Source: a virus. From it: DNA of 57,091 nt. Below are positions 1-9,162 of the stretch, one piece after another. Numbering within the stretch: the first letter of the stretch is position 1; every line of letters starts with the position of its first letter. A program made the position numbers and the translations under genes. The stretch lies in IMG/VR virus record IMGVR_UViG_3300018915_000004, positions 1 through 57,091 of that record. One strand, written 5' to 3'. The notes beneath the pieces were generated by a model that did not search any database, had not been told where the DNA came from, and was given only the letters and a program-made list of their open reading frames with translations.

Positions 1-127
1 CTGAGGCGTTTGTTTCCATAGGGTTGATTACTACCGCCCTGGCTGCTGTAGCGGGTGCTACGCTGCCTATATCTGCAATCGTCGGCTTGGCTGTAGGCGC
101 TTGGTTGGTGGTCAAGAATTGGCGGCA
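1..127. repeat. terminal overlap, identical to 56965-57091
   Basis: CTGAGGCGTTTGTTTCCATAGGG...GGTCAAGAATTGGCGGCA is present at both window ends. This implies a circularly closed contig with a 56,964-bp unit. Confidence 0.9.
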
Positions 128-1637
128 GATTCCCGCCTTTTTCTCTAAAGTCTGGGCGCGTGTCTCAACTAGTGGCAAAGCGGCTTGGACAGCCACAGCA
201 AACGCGATCAAGCCTGTTTTGGCATCGGCTAAGAGGTTGACCCCATCAATCAAAAAAGGCGCTGTATCGGTTGCTAAGTTCGCTTACCAGGGTGCTGAGG
301 CTTTTGTATCTATTGGACTAATTGGCACCGCTCTAGCTGCTGTAGCGGGTGCTACGCTGCCTATATCTGCAATTGCTGGCTTGGCTGTCGGTGCTTGGTT
401 AGTGGTCAAGAATTGGCGGCAAATTCCCGCTTTCTTTTCTAAGGTTTGGGCGCGTGTCTCGACTAGTGGTAAGGCGGCTTGGTCTGGTCTAGTCGCCGGA
501 AGTCGATCCGCTGTAAGTGCGATCGCTCCCAAATTCCAGAAACTAGGAAGCAATGTTTCAACCTTTTTCTCACAATCATGGTCAAGTGTTGCAAATGGCG
601 GCAAAGCGGCTTGGGCATGGGTTGCAGCTAGCGGCAATAAAGCTTGGTCAGCGGTTGCAGCTAGTGGCAATAAAGCTTGGGCGTGGATCGCAACTACTAG
701 CAACAAGGTTTGGGTAGGAATTGCAAACAGCGGCAAGACTGCCTGGGCATGGGTTGCAACTAGCAGCAATAAGGCTTGGAATTGGATCGCAGCTATTAGT
801 AGCAATACTTGGGCATGGGTTGCAGCTAGCGGCAATAAAGCATGGTCAGCGGTTGCAAATGGCGGCAAGGCGGCTTGGGCGTGGATCGCGGCTAGTGGTG
901 GAAAAGCCTGGGCGTGGATCGCAACTAGCAGTAGCAATACTTGGGCATGGATCGCCGCTAGTGGCAATAAAGCATGGTCAGCGGTTGCGGCTAGTGGTGG
1001 TAAGGCTTGGGCGTGGATCTCAGCTAGTAGCAATAAGGCTTGGTCAGCAATTACAACGCCAATTGCTAATTTAGGATCACAGTTTTTCAATGCAGGAGCA
1101 AACCTGATCGGACAACTGATCCAAGGCATCAAAAGCGGGATAGGCGCTATTGTTGCAACGATCGCAAACATCACAGCTAGAATTAGAGCTTTCTTGCCTT
1201 TCAGCCCTGCCAAGCAAGGCGCTCTCTCTGATCTCGATAAAGTAAGCATACTTGGAACTGTTACCGCAAATGTTAGGCAGCAATCCGCGCCCTTAGCCAG
1301 TGCAGTAGGCGGCGCTATGCAAAGCGCTAGAACTGCGATCGCGCCTATTAGTGCAGTAGGCGGCGCTACTCAAGCCGCTGGAACTGCGATCGCTCCAAAC
1401 ACTACAACCACAGCAGACGGCGGTGGTAGTTTAATAGGCGGCGCTCCAAAATTGACCCCACCAACAAGCGGCGGCGGTATCACAATTAATTACAACCCGT
1501 CAATCACCCTACCAGGCGGCGGCACTCCCACGGAAGCGGATCGCGCTACATTCAGGGAAGAGTTAGCGCGTAACAGGGATGAAATTGCAAGGATTGTTGC
1601 AAGCCTTGATCGCAACAGGGCGCGAATTGCTTACTAA
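1..1637 (+). CDS. tail tape measure protein, C-terminal part (continues the ORF that starts at 54636, across the junction)
   Basis: Open from the window start to TAA 1635-1637 and in phase with 54636..57091 (56,964 is divisible by 3). Contains 14 tandem 11-aa W-repeats. Lies between the tail chaperone and the baseplate genes. Confidence 0.85.
   Translation, partial: EAFVSIGLITTALAAVAGATLPISAIVGLAVGAWLVVKNWRQIPAFFSKVWARVSTSGKAAWTATANAIKPVLASAKRLTPSIKKGAVSVAKFAYQGAEAFVSIGLIGTALAAVAGATLPISAIAGLAVGAWLVVKNWRQIPAFFSKVWARVSTSGKAAWSGLVAGSRSAVSAIAPKFQKLGSNVSTFFSQSWSSVANGGKAAWAWVAASGNKAWSAVAASGNKAWAWIATTSNKVWVGIANSGKTAWAWVATSSNKAWNWIAAISSNTWAWVAASGNKAWSAVANGGKAAWAWIAASGGKAWAWIATSSSNTWAWIAASGNKAWSAVAASGGKAWAWISASSNKAWSAITTPIANLGSQFFNAGANLIGQLIQGIKSGIGAIVATIANITARIRAFLPFSPAKQGALSDLDKVSILGTVTANVRQQSAPLASAVGGAMQSARTAIAPISAVGGATQAAGTAIAPNTTTTADGGGSLIGGAPKLTPPTSGGGITINYNPSITLPGGGTPTEADRATFREELARNRDEIARIVASLDRNRARIAY
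245..484 (+). repeat. second copy of a ~240-bp module inside the tape measure gene (first copy 56915..57091 plus 128..190)
   Basis: Near-identical stretches encode ..AKFAYQGAEAFVSIGLI..ALAAVAGATLPISAI.GLAVGAWLVVKNWRQIPAFFSKVWARVSTSGKAAW twice. Confidence 0.8.
588..1049 (+). repeat. 14 tandem 33-bp (11-aa) repeats in the tape measure protein
   Basis: Units VANGGKAAWAW / VAASGNKAWSA / IATTSNKVWVG ... ISASSNKAWSA, with Trp at a fixed 11-residue spacing. Confidence 0.9.
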
Positions 1638-1662
1638 TGTTAGACCAAATTTGAGACATCTT
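1637..1662. promoter_or_regulatory. 26-bp quasi-palindrome copy 1
   Basis: ATGTTAGACCAAATTTGAGACATCTT. Starts in the tape measure stop codon. ATG 1677 is 14 nt downstream. Confidence 0.85.
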
Positions 1663-1676
1663 TTAGAGGTTTTGCT

Positions 1677-2114
1677 ATGCCCTATTTATTGATCGGTGAT
1701 TTGGCGATCGTAGTTCAAGCGGTTCTAAATCTTTCCTACTCATTTAAGCAAGGTTTTGTGGAACAGGAAAAGATCGAAGCGCCGCCCACATTGCAGCAAG
1801 TAGGGCGCAATCTTTCAACGCTTAGCCTTGCTTGCCGTTTTCATTATGCCTACAGTAAGCCGGATCGAATGGTTGCCTCGCTGCTTGCTGCTTGTAACGC
1901 TGCCAAACCTCTTAGCTTGGTAGACGGGAGCGGCAATTATAAGGGTAAGTACGTCCTAGAATCCGTAGACGTTGCCCCCATTAAAACGGATAGCGACGGG
2001 CGATCATTTAGTGTAGATGTCAATCTAGCATTAAAGGAGTGGAGAACCGCCGCGCCTCCACAGGAACAAATGAGCGCGGCTGCTGTTTCACCCTTCAAGA
2101 AAGTTAAATCATGA
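1677..2114 (+). CDS. P2 gpU-like tail protein
   Basis: 145 aa. Sits directly after the tape measure gene. Pattern ..LVDGSGNYKGKYVLESVDV...F.V.L.L.EW resembles gpU. Confidence 0.6.
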   Translation: MPYLLIGDLAIVVQAVLNLSYSFKQGFVEQEKIEAPPTLQQVGRNLSTLSLACRFHYAYSKPDRMVASLLAACNAAKPLSLVDGSGNYKGKYVLESVDVAPIKTDSDGRSFSVDVNLALKEWRTAAPPQEQMSAAAVSPFKKVKS

Positions 2115-2341
2115 GTGAGTACACAGAATACATTACTAGGCAAGGCGATCGCGCCGATCTAATCGCTTTCTACTTCTACGGTAGCTTTTACAGTTATCCT
2201 CAACTCTTGCTTGATAATCCGATCCTTTTGCAAAAGCCGATTAGACCGATGTTACCCAGTGGGATTGTGCTAAAAATTGCCGTAGCAGATCCCGCGCCGC
2301 AACTGGTAGATCCGGCAATGCTGCCGCCCTGGAAAAGATAG
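2111..2341 (+). CDS. P2 gpX-like tail protein
   Basis: 76 aa with start overlapping the upstream stop (ATGA). YITRQGDRADLIAFYFYG...LP.G..L.I and a C-terminal PPW resemble gpX. Confidence 0.6.
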   Translation: MSEYTEYITRQGDRADLIAFYFYGSFYSYPQLLLDNPILLQKPIRPMLPSGIVLKIAVADPAPQLVDPAMLPPWKR

Positions 2342-2360
2342 ACCAAATTTGAGCGCTCTT
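2335..2360. promoter_or_regulatory. 26-bp quasi-palindrome copy 2
   Basis: AAGATAGACCAAATTTGAGCGCTCTT. Overlaps stop 2339-2341 and ends 4 nt before ATG 2365. Confidence 0.9.
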
Positions 2361-2364
2361 AATT

Positions 2365-3363
2365 ATGGTAAGAATACCTACTTTTACCCTTACTTGGGCG
2401 GCTAAAGATGTGACGGAGAACATCAAGCCTTATGTTCAAAGTATTGTTTATGACGATAAGATCGAAGGTCAAGAAAGTGACACTATTGAGATCACCTTAG
2501 ATAACCCGCGTTTAATTTGGGCTAATGAGTGGTTACCGGATATCGGGGATAAATTAGCTTTGACGCTTGGCTATGTAGGGGAGCCGAAGCTAGGCGTTGT
2601 TGAGTTCCAGATTGACAAGATCGTCAACCGCCCTTTGACTTGTTCCGTGAGTGGCTTGGCAACGCCTACCGATCAGACGTTGCGAGAAAAGAAAACCCAA
2701 GCGTATGAAAACACATCACTCAAGCAGATTGCGGAAGCGATCGCAAGCCGCAACAAATTAACTCTTGTGGGCAAAGTTAAGGATGTGCAGATTCAACGGG
2801 TAACACAGAATGAACAAACCGATCTTGAATTTTTGCGCCAAATCTCCAAAGATTACGGTCTAATATTCAAGGTTGAAAACACGACTAAGCTTGTATTTTA
2901 TGAGGAAAAAGATCTACAGGAGAGCGCGGCAACTTTAACCATAAAGTTTGAAGAGTTATCCAGTTTTGAGATAGAGGAAAGTCAGCAAGACACCTTTACA
3001 GGCGGCAAGCTTGCCTATCAAGATCCAACAACGGGAGATCTGATCAAGGCAGAAAAAAGCGCCAAGCCTAAGGCACCTACAAAAGCCGATAACCAAAATC
3101 AGGTTAAACAGGTAGAGAACGAGCAACAAGCAAGCTTGCAAGCTGAGGAGGCGCTTAGGCAAGCCAATCAGGGACAAATAAAAGGGCGGCTTGAATTGGA
3201 AGGAATAACCCAGCTAAGCGCCGGATCTAATTTCAACTTGGAAGGGGTAGGCAAGTACAGCGGCAAGTATCAAGCGCGATCGCTTGTCCATAATTTGAAC
3301 AGACAAGCAGGATACCGAGTGACAATAGACGTGATTAGACTTGAGCCAGTAGACAGAGGTTAG
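2365..3363 (+). CDS. P2 gpD-like late control / tail protein D
   Basis: 332 aa. ..DVTENIKPYVQSIVYDDKIEGQESDTIEITLDN..GDKLALTLGY..NEQTDLEFLRQISKDYG matches the gpD pattern, and gene order is U-X-D. Confidence 0.75.
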   Translation: MVRIPTFTLTWAAKDVTENIKPYVQSIVYDDKIEGQESDTIEITLDNPRLIWANEWLPDIGDKLALTLGYVGEPKLGVVEFQIDKIVNRPLTCSVSGLATPTDQTLREKKTQAYENTSLKQIAEAIASRNKLTLVGKVKDVQIQRVTQNEQTDLEFLRQISKDYGLIFKVENTTKLVFYEEKDLQESAATLTIKFEELSSFEIEESQQDTFTGGKLAYQDPTTGDLIKAEKSAKPKAPTKADNQNQVKQVENEQQASLQAEEALRQANQGQIKGRLELEGITQLSAGSNFNLEGVGKYSGKYQARSLVHNLNRQAGYRVTIDVIRLEPVDRG

Positions 3364-3366
3364 TAA

Positions 3367-3915
3367 ATGCAAGGATCTCTCAAATTACATAAAGGCACAA
3401 TCTCAGCAATCGATCCGGCAACACAACGAGCGCGTGCGTTTATCCCCGATCTGAACATCCCTACATGGTGGCTAGCTGTCCTCAACTTCCACAGTCTAGA
3501 CAGCGCCTCTTACTGGATGCCAGATCTACAGCAACCCGTCTGGGTGCTTACCGATCCACAGCTTAGAGACGGGGTAATCTTGGGTGGGTACTACCACGCT
3601 AAGAATAAGGCGATCGCATCTTCGGAAGATCTGATCCTCCACAAAAGCAAGGACGGATCGCAATTCAGCTTTGATCGCAAATCTCACGAGTTGAACGCTA
3701 GTGTCAAAGACGGCGCGATCAAGTTAAGTAACTCTGGTGGCGCGTCAATTTCGCTTAACCCAGACGGCAGCATTGAATTAAAATGTACAAATCTAACCAT
3801 TAACTCAGGCAAGGTTGCCTACAAGGGCGGCTCATACACTTTGAATGGAAAAGAGGCGGCAAGCCTCAACGCTTTAGATAATGGTGGATTCACGATAATC
3901 TCTAGAGGTTGGTAA
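3367..3915 (+). CDS. gpV-like baseplate spike/assembly protein
   Basis: 182 aa. The N-terminal OB-like segment GTISAIDPATQRARAF...VWVLTD..DGVILGGYY resembles baseplate protein V. Confidence 0.7.
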   Translation: MQGSLKLHKGTISAIDPATQRARAFIPDLNIPTWWLAVLNFHSLDSASYWMPDLQQPVWVLTDPQLRDGVILGGYYHAKNKAIASSEDLILHKSKDGSQFSFDRKSHELNASVKDGAIKLSNSGGASISLNPDGSIELKCTNLTINSGKVAYKGGSYTLNGKEAASLNALDNGGFTIISRGW

Positions 3916-3918
3916 CAG

Positions 3919-4140
3919 ATGACAGAGTTTACAGTAAACCAAGTTGGACAGGGCGCGATCATCTTTCGAGTATTAAGCAGCGCGGCAGCGGCGACTATTA
4001 CCGCTCTTAGAACCGGATCAACGGCTTGGCAACAGTTCAACACCGATGCAGCAGGGACGGCAGGAACGGCGATCAATTTGACACAACCGGGCGCGGCAGG
4101 GTCAACGATTGCTAACTTTAGCTGGCGAATCGTTGCATGA
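3919..4140 (+). CDS. hypothetical small baseplate-region protein
   Basis: 73-aa Ala/Thr-rich ORF packed between the gpV-like and gpW-like genes. Confidence 0.55.
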   Translation: MTEFTVNQVGQGAIIFRVLSSAAAATITALRTGSTAWQQFNTDAAGTAGTAINLTQPGAAGSTIANFSWRIVA

Positions 4141-4523
4141 CTTATTCAACTGACGAATGGTATTTGATAGAGGAAGTTTGGAAGCAAGGACAGATCGGAG
4201 CGCCGCAAGTTGTCTCAAATTTGGGCGATCTTAAGCAATGTATTGAGACGATCTTAAAAACCTATCCAGGTCAAGACAGTCTTAGACCTTTTGGATCGCG
4301 CATCCTTGACCACATCGACTTACCCATAGACATAGCCAGACCGTTGATCATCAGGGACGCTATAGACGCGATCGCCCTGTGGGAGCCAAGAGTAAATGTC
4401 CAAAGGGTTGTGGTAGAAGGCAACGTTGCCAAGGGTGAGTTGCTTTTGACTGTCTATTGGACGGTTAAAGATAGTACTACCTCAGGAGAGGCAGCGGTTG
4501 CATTTAGGAGCGCGATAGTATGA
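4137..4523 (+). CDS. gpW/gp25-like baseplate wedge protein
   Basis: 128 aa. ..CIETILKTYPGQDSLRPFGSRILDHID..IRDAIDAIALWEPRV matches the GPW/gp25 signature. Confidence 0.8.
   Translation: MTYSTDEWYLIEEVWKQGQIGAPQVVSNLGDLKQCIETILKTYPGQDSLRPFGSRILDHIDLPIDIARPLIIRDAIDAIALWEPRVNVQRVVVEGNVAKGELLLTVYWTVKDSTTSGEAAVAFRSAIV
4207..4232. promoter_or_regulatory. 26-bp quasi-palindrome copy 3 (inside coding sequence)
   Basis: AAGTTGTCTCAAATTTGGGCGATCTT, encoding QVVSNLGDLK of the gpW-like protein. Confidence 0.8.
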
Positions 4524-5848
4524 CATTTTCAGGCGCGGCTGAGAGAATACCGCCTAAACCCGTTTTTGTTGATATCGATCCGGCAAAAACACACACTGAG
4601 TTAGTCGCTAACTTCTCGCGGCTGCTGAGTAAGACCATCTACCCTGCACAGTATGAGTTCTTACTTGCAGATTTTGCTACTTATCTCTATACACTCGCTC
4701 AGATAGAGTTTCAATACACTGGCGAACAATCGTTAGTAAATTACGCAACAGGCGCAAACTTGGAGCAACTAGGCGCGTTGCTAGGGGTTGTGAGGTTGCC
4801 AGCGTCGGCAGCGCTTTCAACCTTGCGCTTTTTTATCGACGTTGCCCAAACCGTTGACATCTTCATACCAAAAGGCACCAGAGTCAGAACTGCTGACAGG
4901 AAGGTTGTTTTTGAAACAACAGAGGATGGTTTTATTCGTGGTACTCCAAGCGGCTCAACGGCGCGTAATACTGCTGTACTGATATTGGCGCGATCGCAGC
5001 AGACAGGCGATCTGACTAATCGCTATGTTGCTGACTCTATCAACGCAATTATCGATCCTCCTGCCTCTCCCATTGAGGTCAAAGTAACCAATACAACAAT
5101 CTCAAGCGGCGGTGTAGGGGATGAAACAGATGATCGTCTAAGGTCAAGAATTAAGTTAGCTCCTGCTGCATTTAGCGTTGCAGGGTCAATTGAGGCTTAC
5201 AGGTATTTCGCGCTGTCAGCGTCGCCGTTTATCCAAGATATCGGCGTTGTATCCCCTGATCCAAATTCAGTGATCAGTGAGCTACAGGCGCTAGTTTCAC
5301 AGGTAAGCGCGGCTGTCCAGGCAGCGACAACACTTGTAGACGCTAAAACCGTTGCCATGACAACGGCAAGTAGTAACGTTGCAAGAGTTCAAGCAACCGT
5401 TGCCCCACTAGCAAGAGTGAGGATCTACGTCTTGACTCAGGCAGGGTTGCCAACACCTGAGATCAGAGCGCTTGTAGCAAGTAGGTTAAATGCTGACAGG
5501 GTAAGACCGCTCACAGACTTGGTTGAGGTGTTAGATCCTTTGCCAGTAGACTACACAATCAATATTAGATTGACGCTCTACAATTACGCTGTTGCTGATA
5601 GTGCAATATCCCAGACAAGGGGAGAGATAAAGAAAATTACGGATAACTGGGCATCAAGGCTAGGCGCTGATATTGTGCCAGAGCAGTTAATTAGCGCGAT
5701 CGTGCCTATCGCTTCTCAGCAAGGCGGCGTTTATGGCGTGTTTAGGGTTGAAATTGTCTCGCCTACCTACCAGGCGCTAAACATTACACAGTGGGCAAGA
5801 TTGACCGAGCCGCCGACAATTACAGTTGTAGGAACAACAACGGGTTAA
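4520..5848 (+). CDS. gpJ-like baseplate protein
   Basis: 442 aa. Start overlaps the gpW stop (ATGA). Size and position match baseplate J. Confidence 0.7.
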   Translation: MTFSGAAERIPPKPVFVDIDPAKTHTELVANFSRLLSKTIYPAQYEFLLADFATYLYTLAQIEFQYTGEQSLVNYATGANLEQLGALLGVVRLPASAALSTLRFFIDVAQTVDIFIPKGTRVRTADRKVVFETTEDGFIRGTPSGSTARNTAVLILARSQQTGDLTNRYVADSINAIIDPPASPIEVKVTNTTISSGGVGDETDDRLRSRIKLAPAAFSVAGSIEAYRYFALSASPFIQDIGVVSPDPNSVISELQALVSQVSAAVQAATTLVDAKTVAMTTASSNVARVQATVAPLARVRIYVLTQAGLPTPEIRALVASRLNADRVRPLTDLVEVLDPLPVDYTINIRLTLYNYAVADSAISQTRGEIKKITDNWASRLGADIVPEQLISAIVPIASQQGGVYGVFRVEIVSPTYQALNITQWARLTEPPTITVVGTTTG

Positions 5849-5849
5849 T

Positions 5850-6512
5850 ATGCCTAGCGGTATCAGACCATATTTAGAAGGAGACGCGGATCGGCGCTTG
5901 ATTCCATCAAGTGTCAGGGATGAAAGGGCGATCGCTTTTCTACAGCTTGTTTGGGGTCTGTTGTATTTCGATACAGACAAACTTGAGTTGTACAACATTG
6001 ATACAGTGCAATCTGATGTAATACCACATTTATTGCAGCAGTTTAGGTTAGAGGGTTTTCTGCCTGACAACTTACCAGAGGATCGCCGCCGCGCCCTATT
6101 GAAACGAGCAATTGAGATCTGGCGCTACATTGGCACTAGGTACGGGATAGAGTTAGTTGTTGAAATCAGTCTCAATATCAAGATCGGCTTTGTTGAATGG
6201 TGGGAACTCAACACAACACCCCATACTTTTGTTGTAACTCTCTCGATTGACGATTCCCAACAAACCTACTTAGGTGATCTGGGTACAGCTTTACAGACTC
6301 GCGTAATCGCAATTATTAACGCGAGTAAACCACCGCGATCGCATCTATTGAGATTGGATCTATCATTGGATGCTGAAGCAAGGCAGAGGATCGCGGTTGT
6401 CCGTAACAATCATGAGTTGATAATGAATTTTGATGTTTGGCGCTCTGTTGATGGACGATCTAGACCAGCGATCGCTGCTGTCTCAGGTGGGTTTGAACTT
6501 ATAGCAAGGTAA
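5850..6512 (+). CDS. gpI-like tail protein
   Basis: 220 aa, directly after the gpJ-like gene. ..LIPSSVRDERAIAFLQL...IPHLLQQF resembles P2 tail protein I. Confidence 0.65.
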   Translation: MPSGIRPYLEGDADRRLIPSSVRDERAIAFLQLVWGLLYFDTDKLELYNIDTVQSDVIPHLLQQFRLEGFLPDNLPEDRRRALLKRAIEIWRYIGTRYGIELVVEISLNIKIGFVEWWELNTTPHTFVVTLSIDDSQQTYLGDLGTALQTRVIAIINASKPPRSHLLRLDLSLDAEARQRIAVVRNNHELIMNFDVWRSVDGRSRPAIAAVSGGFELIAR

Positions 6513-6517
6513 TAAAA

Positions 6518-7903
6518 ATGTTCGCTCTTAGAATTACAACAGCAGGAAGAAACGCGGCGATCGCGGCAAACAACGCGGGCGCAAGTATCACAATCAATCG
6601 GATTGCAATAGGGACGGCGCGGCGTGAGCCGCTAATTACTCACACAGCGTTAGGCGCGGAAGTTGCAAGAGTTCCTATTCTGCGATCGCAGCAGATAAGC
6701 ACAAACACGCGACAACTAGATTACGAGTTTCCTGGAAGCTCTAACAATCCAGGGGTAGCGTGTAACCCAGTGGGAGAAGTAGGCTTGTTTTTGACTGATG
6801 GGACGTTGTTCGCCTACTGGTCTGATACGGTGAGCGTCCCTGCTGCTAAATCAACTACAACAACCCTAAGAGGATCGCTTTTCCTAGTCCTGGATGACTT
6901 ACCCGCGTCGGCAATCACAATACAGGCAACCCGCTTTGAGCCACTAGTGGTTTCCTTTGCTGGCAGTGGTGGAGAGGGCGATCTAGTCCTGCCAACTGGA
7001 ACCACTAGAATGACTGGGCGGCGACGCTTAAGGAATTTTAGATTACCAAGCGGCGCAACATTGATTGTAGAAAAATTCCTTCAACTCGATTGCACAGGAG
7101 AAGCAATCTTTGAGCCGGGAAGTACAGTGAACATTCTTGAGGCTTCACCGGGCGGCGGTAACGTGATCTCTAGTGGGATGGCATCGGTAACTCTATTTGG
7201 CTTTGCTATGGGACAGAACTTTGGATCTCAGGGCGGTTATGGTACAAACGCTTTTAGATATCCCAATGATCTATCCCCTGTCGGGAGTGGTGGGCAAGCT
7301 GGCGCAATCAACAAGGGTGATAACGCCGTAACTAACACAATACAGACAGGCAAGGCAGGAGACGGAGCCGGATGTCTAATCGTTAAAGCTCAAGTTGGTT
7401 TTAGAGTAGGCGGTACAATTAACGCAAACGGCGGCAATGCAGTCAACCCAACAATTAGCCCAAACAACACCGGAACGGCTTCTACAGCCTCAGGGAGCGG
7501 CGGCGGCAGCGGTGGGGGTATCAGCTTACAATCTCCGGGCTATGCAATTTTTGATCCAACCTTTGTCGCTAACCTTAATGGCGGCAACGGTTCAGACGCG
7601 GTAAGGACAACCACAACAACTGCTAACGGCGGCGCACCCGGATCGGGAGGTACAGGCGGGATCTTTGAAGCGATATCGCCAAATTTACCCGCAACAATTG
7701 CAGGGACGATCAACGTTTTGGGCGGCTTGTCTGGATTATTCAATGCTGGCAATATTGCAACACAGCCGGGACTGTCCTCATTTTTCCCAGGCGGTACAGG
7801 CGGCGCTTTTGGTAACGATGCCGTCAATCTGTCTAGTTCATCCCCTGGAGGTCAATATAGACAAAATTCAGGTAGGATCGTCCTGTTGTCATTCTTACCT
7901 TAA
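6518..7903 (+). CDS. tail fibre protein (P2 gpH-like N-terminus, Gly-rich C-terminus)
   Basis: N-terminus ITTAGRNAAIAANNAG.SITINRIAIG...VGEVGLFLTDGTLFAYWS parallels the N-terminus of P2 gpH. Confidence 0.75.
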   Translation: MFALRITTAGRNAAIAANNAGASITINRIAIGTARREPLITHTALGAEVARVPILRSQQISTNTRQLDYEFPGSSNNPGVACNPVGEVGLFLTDGTLFAYWSDTVSVPAAKSTTTTLRGSLFLVLDDLPASAITIQATRFEPLVVSFAGSGGEGDLVLPTGTTRMTGRRRLRNFRLPSGATLIVEKFLQLDCTGEAIFEPGSTVNILEASPGGGNVISSGMASVTLFGFAMGQNFGSQGGYGTNAFRYPNDLSPVGSGGQAGAINKGDNAVTNTIQTGKAGDGAGCLIVKAQVGFRVGGTINANGGNAVNPTISPNNTGTASTASGSGGGSGGGISLQSPGYAIFDPTFVANLNGGNGSDAVRTTTTTANGGAPGSGGTGGIFEAISPNLPATIAGTINVLGGLSGLFNAGNIATQPGLSSFFPGGTGGAFGNDAVNLSSSSPGGQYRQNSGRIVLLSFLP

Positions 7904-7908
7904 TCCGT

Positions 7909-8493
7909 ATGCCTAGGCGCTTTTTTGTAGACATAGAACCGGATAGCGATCGCGGTCAAATAGTTGGAGAGTACAGAGGGATTGATATTGATCAGTATCA
8001 AACCATTGAAGCGATCGCCGCCGCCGATGACCTAGACCCAGACGATCTAGGGCGTTTGTACTACAAGAATGGAGAAGTTCGGGTTAAGCCAGAGCTACCA
8101 ACACCAGGGCGCTTTTACTGGGACATTGACGCGGAAGATTACCGCGAGATCCTAGACGTGTCAGGAATACCACGATCAGCCAACTACTCAGGCTTAAACG
8201 CCGATCTATCCCCTAATGGGAAACTAGGGCATTTACTCATAAAAGCAATGAACACAAAAGCGTCTCCTATGTTGCAAGGGATGCTCCCTACTGCGATCGC
8301 TTTTGGCAATCTTGACGCTCTTAAGACTTGCCTTGAGGCGATCGTTGGTCAGATGCCAGCAGACAGCCGTTTTACAGTGGAGGAAATGACGGCGCTTGCT
8401 AACTCGTTTAAAGCTAATAACATCCCTGCAAAGATTGTTGTAAAAGAAAAGTTATTGACCGCCGCCGTCTCAATCCAGGTCATTCCAACTTAA
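7909..8493 (+). CDS. hypothetical protein (possible tail fibre assembly or accessory protein)
   Basis: 194-aa ORF directly after the fibre gene and last in the + strand structural block. Confidence 0.55.
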   Translation: MPRRFFVDIEPDSDRGQIVGEYRGIDIDQYQTIEAIAAADDLDPDDLGRLYYKNGEVRVKPELPTPGRFYWDIDAEDYREILDVSGIPRSANYSGLNADLSPNGKLGHLLIKAMNTKASPMLQGMLPTAIAFGNLDALKTCLEAIVGQMPADSRFTVEEMTALANSFKANNIPAKIVVKEKLLTAAVSIQVIPT

Positions 8494-8500
8494 ACAAAAT

Positions 8501-8526
8501 AAGAGCGCCCAAATTTGAGACAACTT
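8501..8526. promoter_or_regulatory. 26-bp quasi-palindrome copy 4
   Basis: AAGAGCGCCCAAATTTGAGACAACTT, between the convergent genes ending at 8493 (+) and 8592 (-). Confidence 0.8.
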
Positions 8527-8533
8527 GGGCGCT
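8503..8533. terminator. hairpin at the convergent gene junction
   Basis: AGCGCCCAA (8503-8511) pairs with TTGGGCGCT (8525-8533). The loop contains half of motif copy 4 and the U-tract is weak. Confidence 0.4.
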
Positions 8534-8591
8534 TATTGGTTAGGGCATTACTCTGTCTGGCTGCTGTAAGTGAGTAGAGGGCGCGATCGCC

Positions 8592-8843
8592 TTAAAGGTT
8601 GTTTCTCAGTTGTTCGGCAACTTTCAGGTGAAATTGCAAGCGCTCATACTCTGGCGAGTCTTTATCTGTAAAATCCTCTTTACATTGCCTTAGAGCTTCC
8701 GCTTTAACCTGATCTAGATCGCTTTGATCATCGAGGTTGTCACGCCCATAGAGAGCGTCAATGTAGTCTAGTAGCGGCGATACCTCTGCTTGATCTTTCA
8801 CCCATTGATAAGCCTCATTGAAGCCTTGGTAGTACATACTCAT
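8592..8843 (-). CDS. hypothetical protein
   Basis: 83-aa ATG ORF with no recognisable motif. Confidence 0.6.
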   Translation of the reverse strand: MSMYYQGFNEAYQWVKDQAEVSPLLDYIDALYGRDNLDDQSDLDQVKAEALRQCKEDFTDKDSPEYERLQFHLKVAEQLRNNL

Positions 8844-8874
8844 TGGTTTCGTAGTTGTAGTTGAGAAGAGTGGA

Positions 8875-8894
8875 CAGGGCGCGATCGCGCCCTG
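8875..8894. repeat. 20-bp perfect palindrome centred on HIP1 (copy A)
   Basis: CAGGGCGCGATCGCGCCCTG in the spacer between two - strand genes. Identical to 9135-9154. Confidence 0.9.
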
Positions 8895-8906
8895 AGTTAA
8901 GAAGAT

Positions 8907-9107
8907 CTACCAGTAATTTGTGTATTTGACAGATCCATCCTTAGAGACAAACTTTTTCTCTAACACCTCTCTGTCTCCATCCGGTGTTCCTGCTTGCCAT
9001 CCTGCCGAACTTCCGTCATAGTTCCGCGCTTGATGCGCTTTGATTCTTGTCCAGTATTCAACACCATAAGCTGTTTTTACAACCTTGAAATGTTCTTGTT
9101 TTTGCAT
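8907..9107 (-). CDS. hypothetical protein
   Basis: 66-aa ATG ORF preceded by AGGAGA. Confidence 0.6.
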   Translation of the reverse strand: MQKQEHFKVVKTAYGVEYWTRIKAHQARNYDGSSAGWQAGTPDGDREVLEKKFVSKDGSVKYTNYW

Positions 9108-9134
9108 TGTTTTTAGTCTCCTGTTTTGATTTTG

Positions 9135-9154
9135 CAGGGCGCGATCGCGCCCTG
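9135..9154. repeat. 20-bp perfect palindrome centred on HIP1 (copy B)
   Basis: CAGGGCGCGATCGCGCCCTG in the next intergenic spacer. Confidence 0.9.
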
Positions 9155-9162
9155 TCTAATTT

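Noticed and set aside
1-127. The 127-bp end duplication as a biological direct terminal repeat
   Set aside because: An exact overlap of this length, falling in the middle of a gene, is more simply an assembly closure artefact of a circular or permuted molecule. Physical ends cannot be inferred from it.
284-1283. ORFs 284..1249 (-), 721..1074 (+) and 1077..1283 (-) inside the tape measure gene
   Set aside because: They are alternative-frame or antisense shadows of a repetitive Ala/Gly/Trp-rich coding region. Their low-complexity translations mirror the 33-bp repeats.
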